Part shown: piece by piece, positions 8,291 to 15,874 of the stretch
Numbering within the stretch: position 1 is the first letter of the stretch
How the letters are laid out: every line of letters begins with the position of its first letter
From: an uncultured archaeon
GTDB taxonomy: Archaea > Asgardarchaeota > Heimdallarchaeia > Heimdallarchaeales > Kariarchaeaceae
Direction of reading: 5' to 3'
NCBI GenBank assembly: GCA_964645535.1
Contig: CAZYCQ010000009.1
Coordinates: 6,536-70,535, forward strand
DNA length: 64,000 nt
The notes under the pieces: model-generated
Database searches by the model: none
Told to the model about the DNA's origin: nothing
The model's input: the letters and a program-made list of their open reading frames with translations, nothing else
Position numbers and translations under genes: made by a program

Positions 8291-8926
8291 TTAGGGGCAG
8301 AATTTAGCAATCCAACTTTCGATGTAGAGGCTGAGCGGTTTCTCAAGGTATGCCTCAAAATTTGTTTCCTTGAAAATCTCTTCAGATAATGTTCTCCCTC
8401 CATGCAAGAGGGACCAAAGACCCATGGAAAGGATTTTGATCTCATCAACTGACGCTTTGCAATTCCCTGCTTCATTGTTGAAGATTTGGATTATTGGGTA
8501 TTGGAAAATTTTGAACACCTTTTGTGGTGCATCTGGATAGATGGGTGTTTCATAGGAGGATTCAAACATGAGTTTGTAGAAATAAGAATGAGTGGACGCG
8601 AATTGATAGTATTGTCTGCAAATTGCCAAGAGTTTATCTTTGATGTCTGTGGTTTCTTCAGGTTCGATAAGTTCGAAAGTCTGTTCAAGTTCACTCATGG
8701 CATTGTCCATTAATGCAATCAGTATTTCTTCCTTACTGTTGTAATAGGAATAGATTGAAGCAGGTGAGGTTCCCAAATCTTTGGCAATATCCCGTATTTT
8801 GACATTTCTATATCCTCCCTCAACGAGAAGAAGAGAGGCAAGACTAAGAATTTCTTGTTTTCGACGTTCTTTCTGTTCTTTGGTGACAAGTCGCGTTCTC
8901 TTCTTTTTTCCTTGGTTATTTTCCAT
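8291..8926 (-). CDS. TetR/AcrR-family transcriptional regulator
   Basis: HTH region RKQEILSLASLLLVEGGYRNVKIRDIAKDLGTSPASIYSYYNSKEEIL. Start moved to ATG 8926 (MENNQGKKKR...); the tracked ORF extends to 9031. Confidence 0.8.
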   Translation of the reverse strand: MENNQGKKKRTRLVTKEQKERRKQEILSLASLLLVEGGYRNVKIRDIAKDLGTSPASIYSYYNSKEEILIALMDNAMSELEQTFELIEPEETTDIKDKLLAICRQYYQFASTHSYFYKLMFESSYETPIYPDAPQKVFKIFQYPIIQIFNNEAGNCKASVDEIKILSMGLWSLLHGGRTLSEEIFKETNFEAYLEKPLSLYIESWIAKFCP

Positions 8927-8939
8927 TGGTATTCTTTGG

Positions 8940-8958
8940 TTATTTTTTGAAAAAATAA
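8940..8958. promoter_or_regulatory. perfect AT-only 9-1-9 palindrome upstream of the TetR gene (TATA-like element or operator candidate)
   Basis: TTATTTTTT-G-AAAAAATAA, 14 nt upstream of the TetR ATG (8926). The centre is about 23 nt from the start codon, compatible with a TATA box of a leaderless or short-leader mRNA. Confidence 0.3.
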
Positions 8959-9193
8959 GGATTTGCGTACTTTTTTCAGTATTTTCAAAGAAACCTAGGC
9001 GGTTATTCTTCGTAAGTGTGATGAAAAACATTTATTTACGATGCAACACGATCAATAAAACTAATGGTTAATATGTTGCCGTTCGTATTTTTTGTCGTTG
9101 GGACATTTTCAAAGCGTTTAATTTAAAAGTCGTTTTGTGTGCACCATCTGAAGAATTAAATAAACCAAGGGATGATTGATGTATGAATAATGT

Positions 9194-9224
9194 GAGCTCT
9201 TCCACAGCGAAGAGCTTCTTTTTT
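9194..9224 (+). promoter_or_regulatory. stem-loop followed by T6 in the rpoA1 leader
   Basis: GAGCTCTTC-CACAGC-GAAGAGCTT (9-bp stem including one G-U, 6-nt loop), then C + TTTTTT at 9219-9224. It ends 22 nt before the rpoA1 ATG. Confidence 0.3.
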
Positions 9225-9246
9225 ACAAATTTGCTGTTGGTGGACC

Positions 9247-11976
9247 ATGGCTGAGACTTTACCCAAAAAAATAGATGCAATAAAGTTCGGATTACTCTCT
9301 CCTGATGAGATCCGAAAACTGAGTGTACAGCGTATCGTTACCGCTGACACATTCGATGAAGACGGCACCCCAATACCAAACGGATTGATGGATTCGGCAT
9401 TGGGAACCATCGATCCGGGAACAAGATGTACAACCTGTGGCAATCGTATTGGTGGTTGTCCTGGACATTTTGGACATATTGAATTGCAACGTCCCATAAT
9501 CCATGTAGGATTCAACAAAACTATCTACAAAATTCTGCAAGTAATATGCGGGAAATGTTCTCGGATAATGCTGCCTCAAAAGGAGGTTAATCGTTATGTC
9601 AAGATGTTACGAAGAAAAAGGGAAGAAACCGGCACGCTTGATATGGATTATGTGGAAGAGATTTGGAAACGGGCAAAACGCAACCGTGATCAGCTGATCA
9701 ATCCCAAGGGGGAGGATGTGGGAAGAGGGTGTTATCATTGTGGAGAATTCCAGCACAAAATCAGGTTGGAAAAGCCCACTACATACTATGAGGAATTTGA
9801 AACAGCAGACGGGAGCAAGGTTTCCGATAAATTGTCCGCTTTGGATGTGCAGAACCGTTTGAAAGGAATCCCTGATGATGACTGTATATTGTTGGGTGTT
9901 GATCCTGAGAGTGCCCGGCCAGAATGGATGGTGCTTGATGTTCTTCTTGTTCCTCCTGTGAGTGTTCGTCCAAGTATTACTTTGGATTCTGGTATTAGGT
10001 CTGAAGATGACCTTACCCACAAATTGGTTGATATCATACGAATCAACCAGAAATTGTATGAAAATAGAGAATCAGGTGCCCCTCAACTTATTGTTGAAGA
10101 CCTTTGGGAACTTCTTCAATACCATGTCACCACATACTTTGATAATGAGGTTAGTGGCATCCCTCCAGCTCGTCACAGAAGCGGACGTGCATTAAGAACC
10201 TTGGCCCAACGATTAAAAGGGAAGGAAGGACGTTTCCGTTCAAATCTGAGCGGTAAGCGTGTGGATTTCTCAGCACGGACTGTCATTTCCCCAGATCCTC
10301 TGCTGTCAATCAATCAGGTTGGTGTTCCCAAGGAGATTGCAGAGATACTGACCGTTCCTGAACGTGTCACTGAATGGAACATTGAAGAAATGAAAGAACT
10401 AGTTATGCAGGGACCTAAGGGATCTCCAGGTGTTAATTACATCATTCGTGATGATGGAAGACGTGTCGATCTAAGATTCGCTAGAGACCCTTCAATAATT
10501 GCCAATTCCCTTCGTCCGGGTTTCATCATTGAAAGACATTTGAGGGATGGTGACATTGTTCTATTCAATAGGCAACCTAGTCTTCACAGAATGAGTATCA
10601 TGGCACATGAAGTCAAGGTCATGCCATACAAAACTTTCCGATTAAATCTTTCCGTCTGTAGGCCTTACAATGCAGATTTCGATGGAGACGAAATGAATCT
10701 TCATGTTCCTCAAAGTGAAGAGGCTAGGGCAGAAGCAGCCATCCTGATGAAAGTTCAGGAACAAATTAGTACTCCAAGATATGGGGGTCCGATCATCGGT
10801 GCAATCCAGGATTTCATTACCGCATCTTATTTCCTGACCCGAAGTGGAACCTACTTTGACAAAAGCGTTGCAAGTGAATTGATGACCACGGCTGGTGTAT
10901 CTAGAATGCCCGAACCAGATACGGTTGATATGGATGGCAAGCCATTGTGGTCTGGTCGGACACTCTTCAGTGCATTGTTGCCCAAAACTCTCAATTTCCA
11001 AATGAAGAACAAGCTATGTGAATGTAGCAAAACACAACCTGATGGTCAATGTCTCAAGGAGAACTGCCCCACTGATGGATATGTAATCATTAAGAATGGA
11101 AAACTGATTGCTGGTGTGATTGATAAGAGTGGTTTTGGTGCTGAAGTGCCGAATTCCGTTTTGCATAGAATTTTGAAAGAGAATGGTACGGATACGACCC
11201 GTATCTTCCTTGATGGAGTTACCAAGATGCTTGCGGCCTATATCACAAGAAAAGGGTTCTCCATTGGTGTTGATGCGGTCGAAGTGCCGCCAGAGGGTAA
11301 GGCAAGAATCCACAAAGAGATTGAGGAACGTAAAAAAGAGGTTGACGAATTAATTAAAAAATTCAGAGAAGGCAAACTTGAACGTATCCCTGGAAATACC
11401 ATGGAGGAAACCCTTGAAGCCCATATTCAGGATATCCTTGCAAAAGCCCGTGATGAGGCTGGCAATATCAGTGCTGAATATCTCGGTATGAAAAATGAAG
11501 CGGTTATCATGGCAAAAACGGGTGCAAGAGGGAATATGATCAATCTTGCACAGATGAGTGCATGTGTCGGTCAACAATCCGTTCGTGGGAATCGAATCAT
11601 GAGAGGATACCGAGATAGAACCCTTCCTCACTTCAAGAGGGGTGATCTTTCCGCAGATGCCCATGGTTTTGTGAATTCAAGCTTTAGATCTGGGCTTACT
11701 CCCATCGAATTCTTTATGCATGCATGTGGTGGTCGAGAAGGTTTGGTGGATACGGCAGTTCGTACAAGTAGCAGTGGATATATGCAAAGACGGCTTGTGA
11801 ATGCGATGCAAGATCTAGCCTCCCATTATGACAGAACCGTGCGGAACTCCACCGGTGAGATCATTCAGTTTAAGTTTGGGGAAGATAATGTCGATCCTGC
11901 AAAGAGTGATTTCGGGAAGGCTGTCAACCTCGATGTCATCCTTCAGAAGGTGTTGGATGATGAGGATGAAAATTAG
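9247..11976 (+). CDS. rpoA1: DNA-directed RNA polymerase subunit A'
   Basis: N-terminal zinc motif CTTCGNRIGGCPGHFGHIEL, catalytic NADFDGDEMNLHVPQS, 909 aa. GGTGG Shine-Dalgarno-like element upstream. Confidence 0.97.
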   Translation: MAETLPKKIDAIKFGLLSPDEIRKLSVQRIVTADTFDEDGTPIPNGLMDSALGTIDPGTRCTTCGNRIGGCPGHFGHIELQRPIIHVGFNKTIYKILQVICGKCSRIMLPQKEVNRYVKMLRRKREETGTLDMDYVEEIWKRAKRNRDQLINPKGEDVGRGCYHCGEFQHKIRLEKPTTYYEEFETADGSKVSDKLSALDVQNRLKGIPDDDCILLGVDPESARPEWMVLDVLLVPPVSVRPSITLDSGIRSEDDLTHKLVDIIRINQKLYENRESGAPQLIVEDLWELLQYHVTTYFDNEVSGIPPARHRSGRALRTLAQRLKGKEGRFRSNLSGKRVDFSARTVISPDPLLSINQVGVPKEIAEILTVPERVTEWNIEEMKELVMQGPKGSPGVNYIIRDDGRRVDLRFARDPSIIANSLRPGFIIERHLRDGDIVLFNRQPSLHRMSIMAHEVKVMPYKTFRLNLSVCRPYNADFDGDEMNLHVPQSEEARAEAAILMKVQEQISTPRYGGPIIGAIQDFITASYFLTRSGTYFDKSVASELMTTAGVSRMPEPDTVDMDGKPLWSGRTLFSALLPKTLNFQMKNKLCECSKTQPDGQCLKENCPTDGYVIIKNGKLIAGVIDKSGFGAEVPNSVLHRILKENGTDTTRIFLDGVTKMLAAYITRKGFSIGVDAVEVPPEGKARIHKEIEERKKEVDELIKKFREGKLERIPGNTMEETLEAHIQDILAKARDEAGNISAEYLGMKNEAVIMAKTGARGNMINLAQMSACVGQQSVRGNRIMRGYRDRTLPHFKRGDLSADAHGFVNSSFRSGLTPIEFFMHACGGREGLVDTAVRTSSSGYMQRRLVNAMQDLASHYDRTVRNSTGEIIQFKFGEDNVDPAKSDFGKAVNLDVILQKVLDDEDEN

Positions 11977-11990
11977 GAGGATAATGTTCT

Positions 11991-14663
11991 ATGGCTAAAA
12001 AAAAGTATCTGACTGTGACTGAATTAAGGGATCAACTGAATGCCTATATGGAACGAGAGGATCGTCTTGTTCCTGTCGAAATTATTGAACAGCTTGAGGA
12101 TAAAATCCTCCAAAGGGCCTCGGAAATTGCCAAGAAAAAGAAAGAGAATGCTGCCGGAAAAACATACATCACCCAAGAGCAGTTGGATCAGTTGATGATC
12201 GAAATCTTTCGTTCCTATACTTTTGCGGAGATGGAGCCTGGGACTTCTGCTGGGGTGGTTTCCGCACAAAGTATTGGAGAACCGGGAACCCAAATGTCAC
12301 TGAGTGGCGATGAACTTGTCTTGATTATGGATGAAAATGTTGTTCAAAGTGTTAGAATCGGTGAGTTCATTGATGAATTGCTTGAGAGTAAATCTGCAAA
12401 GGTGAATGGAGAGACTGCAATACTGGATTTCCCTCCTCATCATCCAATTTTTGTTCCTGCAATATCGGATGATGAGACCATCGCTTGGAAACGATTGAGG
12501 CAGGTCTCACGACATGCTCCAAATGGTGATCTCATTCGAGTTAAAACTAAATCTGGTCGTCAAATAATTGCTACTCCAAGCCATTCCTTCCTTGCAAGAA
12601 AAAACAACAAAATTGTCCCTATCAGAGGTTCCGAATTGAGACCAGGGGACTTTGTTCCAATTGCACTTGGAATTCCATCAGTCAACCCAATTTCTATAAT
12701 TTACTTTGAGGAAGATTCAATTCGTCTTGGTCATACCGTAGTGGAACAGGCTTTAGTGACTCCTCAAGGTGAGATCGTTGGAGCCTCATCCCCATCCAAT
12801 TCATTTTCAATTTCTCTTGATGAGACCTTTGGGTATTTCCTTGGTACACTAATAACGGTAGGTTTCAATGAAGGCGAGGATTTGGTTATTTCTACCCCTC
12901 GTCCAAATTTCTATGATGATCTTCTTTCTTATTTTGAAACAAATGGAATTGAAGTGGATCTTGCACAAGACATTCTTGAAGGGGAACTGTATGAAATTCG
13001 TGTCCACAACGAAGATCTTGCCTACGCAGTGGATCTTCTCATTGAGGCGTTTGATGATGGAACCTCAACCCCGGTTTGGATACTCAATACCCCTCATGAT
13101 TTCATAAAGGCATTTCTCCATGGTGTATTTGACCATGGGGGCGAAATTTTGGAAGGGCATATCTCATTCAAATTTGCAAACCATGATTTCATCATGCTTC
13201 TAACCCATTTAATTGGTAAGTTTGGAATTTTCACGGAAATAAGAAGAACCCCTGAATTTTCCGAATTAATCATTCCATCCGAATTTCTCCTTTCCTTCAA
13301 TGATCATATAGGGTTCCGATCTCCCAAAAAATCTAATAAATTACTCTCCCTTGTGGAACACGTCAAACGATTGGATTTGGTTCCAGGATTGGAAGAATTA
13401 ATTAAGGAGTTCAATAAAAAACTTGGAACTTCATTTCCGATTGCCGATGCTCTTCCCCGCCATGAAATTGTTGGAATTATCCAAGAATCGCAGAAAATTT
13501 CCAATGAGAAAGGTGTTGACATCTCCAATGAAATCTCAATGCTTGTTCGTGCCTCTGAGAGCCCCGTCTTTTGGGATACTGTCTTAATGATTGAACATAT
13601 AGAATCACCAACAAAATATGTATATGATTTTGCTGTGGATGGTTTTGAAACCTTCACCACATTTGATGGTATTCTTACACACAATACTCTACGTACTTTC
13701 CACTTTGCGGGTGTCAGGGAGATGAATGTCACTCTCGGTCTGCCTCGTCTCATTGAATTGGTTGATGCAAGACGTAATCCTAGCACCCCCTCAATGACCG
13801 TTGCCTTGAAGGGAGAATACGCCCATGATGAGGCAAAAGCAAAACAGGTTGCCCAAAACATTGAGCTTACTACAGTTCATAGCGTTGCCTCAGGTCTGGA
13901 AATTGACCAAATCCATCTCCGAGTGAATATTCTCTTGGATAGGGAGCTTCTTGAGGATAAGGGCATCACTGCTGAAGATGTGCGTCAGAAAATCCTTGAA
14001 AAACGGGTTGCCAGTAAGGTCAAAGTTGAAGACAATCTGATCATTGTCACCCCTGATAAGGAAGACCCCACACTTCAAGATCTTCAAAAACTTTCAGAGA
14101 AGCTAAGAATGATCCCGATCAAGGGGCTTCGAGGTGTGGCTCGTGTCATGATCCGCAAAAAGAAAATTGAAGAGGGTGATGAAGAGAAGGTAGAATACCA
14201 GATCCTTACAGAAGGAAGCAACTTCAAGCAGTTGATGAGGGTACTGGGTGTTGATCCTCGTAATTCCTATACCAATCATATCCACGAAATTGCAGAAACC
14301 TTGGGCATTGAAGCAGCAAGAAATGCCATCATCAAAGAGGCAAAAGAAGTGATGGAAAAACAGGGTCTGGAGGTAGATCAGAGACATCTGATGCTTGTTG
14401 CGGATCTTATGACCTATTCTGGAGAAATCCGACAGATTGGGCGTCATGGTATCTCTGGTGAAAATGCTTCAATTCTAGCAAGGGCTGGATTTGAAGTTAC
14501 CGTCAAACACCTTTTGGATGCCTCAGTACGTGGTGAGGAAGACCATTTGGTTGGTATTATCGAAAATGTCATCGTTGGTCAAGAAATCGCGATTGGTACT
14601 GGAATGGTGGATCTGACTATTTCACCTAACTACCGAGAATTCGCTCCTAAAAAAGAAAAATAA
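11991..14663 (+). CDS. rpoA2: DNA-directed RNA polymerase subunit A'' interrupted by an intein
   Basis: Extein motifs SIGEPGTQM and TLRTFHFAGV are separated by 463 aa. The C-terminal part (GLPRLIEL..., HLMLVADLMT, GISGENASILARAGFE) is typical A''. The extein sum is 427 aa. Confidence 0.95.
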   Translation: MAKKKYLTVTELRDQLNAYMEREDRLVPVEIIEQLEDKILQRASEIAKKKKENAAGKTYITQEQLDQLMIEIFRSYTFAEMEPGTSAGVVSAQSIGEPGTQMSLSGDELVLIMDENVVQSVRIGEFIDELLESKSAKVNGETAILDFPPHHPIFVPAISDDETIAWKRLRQVSRHAPNGDLIRVKTKSGRQIIATPSHSFLARKNNKIVPIRGSELRPGDFVPIALGIPSVNPISIIYFEEDSIRLGHTVVEQALVTPQGEIVGASSPSNSFSISLDETFGYFLGTLITVGFNEGEDLVISTPRPNFYDDLLSYFETNGIEVDLAQDILEGELYEIRVHNEDLAYAVDLLIEAFDDGTSTPVWILNTPHDFIKAFLHGVFDHGGEILEGHISFKFANHDFIMLLTHLIGKFGIFTEIRRTPEFSELIIPSEFLLSFNDHIGFRSPKKSNKLLSLVEHVKRLDLVPGLEELIKEFNKKLGTSFPIADALPRHEIVGIIQESQKISNEKGVDISNEISMLVRASESPVFWDTVLMIEHIESPTKYVYDFAVDGFETFTTFDGILTHNTLRTFHFAGVREMNVTLGLPRLIELVDARRNPSTPSMTVALKGEYAHDEAKAKQVAQNIELTTVHSVASGLEIDQIHLRVNILLDRELLEDKGITAEDVRQKILEKRVASKVKVEDNLIIVTPDKEDPTLQDLQKLSEKLRMIPIKGLRGVARVMIRKKKIEEGDEEKVEYQILTEGSNFKQLMRVLGVDPRNSYTNHIHEIAETLGIEAARNAIIKEAKEVMEKQGLEVDQRHLMLVADLMTYSGEIRQIGRHGISGENASILARAGFEVTVKHLLDASVRGEEDHLVGIIENVIVGQEIAIGTGMVDLTISPNYREFAPKKEK
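12297..13685 (+). mobile_element. intein (463 aa) with LAGLIDADG-type homing-endonuclease domain
   Basis: Begins with Ser (SLSGDELVLIMD, block A). Block B is IATPSHSF. LAGLIDADG-like motifs are FGYFLGTLITVGF and FIKAFLHGVFDHGGE. Block F is YVYDFAVDGFETFTT. Ends ILTHN, followed by the +1 Thr. Confidence 0.85.
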
Positions 14664-14722
14664 CCCTCGTAATCTTAAGTAATATATAAAAACGCGAAAT
14701 CCTTCAGGTAATAAGAAGCAAC

Positions 14723-15166
14723 ATGGCAAAATCAAAGAGTCCAAACGGAGAATTCGCTGCTAGGAAGCTCCTCAAAAAAAGACAAAAAATGAGATGGAAG
14801 GACATATACTATAAGAGGAGAATGCTTGGTCTGAACAAAAAAGCTGATCCCTTGGAAGGAGCACCTCAAGCAACAGGTGTTGTTCTTGACAAGTATGGTG
14901 TAGGGTCCAAACAACCCAACAGTGCTTTGAGAAAATGCGTCCGTGTTCAGTTGATTAAAAACGGCAAACAAATCGGTGCCTACGTTCCTCATGATGGTGG
15001 TCTTCTCTATATCAATGTTCATGATCAAGTTACTGTTGAAGGTATTGGTGGTGCACAAAAGGGTGCAAAAGGTGACATTCCAGGTATCAAGTGGCGTGTC
15101 ATGAAAGTCAATGGTGTTGCTCTTTCGGAGCTTGTAACTGGTCGTAAGGAAAAAGCAAATCGTTAA
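14723..15166 (+). CDS. rps12: 30S ribosomal protein uS12 (S12/S23)
   Basis: [31 protein letters not shown]...[16 protein letters not shown], 147 aa. Confidence 0.95.
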   Translation: MAKSKSPNGEFAARKLLKKRQKMRWKDIYYKRRMLGLNKKADPLEGAPQATGVVLDKYGVGSKQPNSALRKCVRVQLIKNGKQIGAYVPHDGGLLYINVHDQVTVEGIGGAQKGAKGDIPGIKWRVMKVNGVALSELVTGRKEKANR

Positions 15167-15169
15167 AAC

Positions 15170-15799
15170 TCAACTAACTTCTTTTAGCAGATAGTATTTC
15201 TTTCTGAGTTTGAAAAATCTTTTAGCGAACTCAGTTTCACTTATTTCAACTGCATCAAACTTGTCCTCTAGCATATCCAGTTCTGTTTCAATCCCTAACA
15301 ATGTATCTTCAACCAATTGCTGCTTATTTACTTCTGTAACTGGTTGATATGTTGTTTGAGCCAGTTCTGATTTCTTCTGGGCTATGATTGTTTCCAATTG
15401 CTGCTTTTGTTGTTCCAACGCGGCCTTTTGCATGTCCAAAGCAACATTGATCGGGGTTGCCGATCTTGATGGATTAAGTCTTCCCCCCTTGATCAAATTT
15501 TCCGCTTCCTTAATCACTTGAAAAACATGGTATTCTGATTTCCATCGTCTCATCTTTCGAGTATGGAGATAACCTTCTGGATCTGCTGCAGGATGTTCGC
15601 CATTCAATATACGGATTGATGGAGGACGAAACGGGAAATTGTCTGGAAGCTCAACCAAAACTTCGACGGGTTGTCCGAAAGCGTCTGATACTCTTCCGAT
15701 CCATTTGTAGAGGTTTCCATTTTTTGGGCTGAAGCCACTGTTATATCTATAGATCAGAAATGCTTCTTTGCTAAGAACTGCATCATCTGCCATTTTCAT
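15170..15799 (-). CDS. UEV (cysteine-free UBC-fold) + coiled coil + steadiness-box-like protein, Tsg101/Vps23-like
   Basis: YKWIGRVSDAFGQPVEVLVELPDNFPFRPPSIRILNGEHPAADPEGYLHTRKMRRWK follows the E2/UEV core pattern. The protein contains no Cys at all. It has a Q/E/L-rich heptad region, and the C-terminus ISETEFAKRFFKLRKKYYLLKE resembles the Tsg101 steadiness box. Confidence 0.6.
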   Translation of the reverse strand: MKMADDAVLSKEAFLIYRYNSGFSPKNGNLYKWIGRVSDAFGQPVEVLVELPDNFPFRPPSIRILNGEHPAADPEGYLHTRKMRRWKSEYHVFQVIKEAENLIKGGRLNPSRSATPINVALDMQKAALEQQKQQLETIIAQKKSELAQTTYQPVTEVNKQQLVEDTLLGIETELDMLEDKFDAVEISETEFAKRFFKLRKKYYLLKEVS

Positions 15800-15874
15800 A
15801 CATTACTTGATTCTTACGTATTTATGTCTGTCCTTTCTCCTTTGAAATTGTACGTAAAAATTAAGTGTTAGTAT

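Noticed and set aside
8239-8475. 78-aa minus-strand ORF overlapping the 3' end of the TetR gene.
   Set aside because: It is out of frame within the TetR C-terminal domain and has no independent support.
13304-13861. Long antisense or overlapping ORFs inside confidently called genes. Examples: 13304..13861 (-) in rpoA2; 42358..42906 (-) in PRODH; 46747..47301 (-) in the permease; 26893..27479 (-) in the ALDH; 23032..23806 (-) in the thiolase; 56104..56568 (-) in the surface protein.
   Set aside because: All lie fully inside genes with strong motif support on the other strand or frame. They have low-complexity or Ser/Arg/Pro-rich translations typical of shadow ORFs, and they cluster in the more GC-rich genes where stops are rare.
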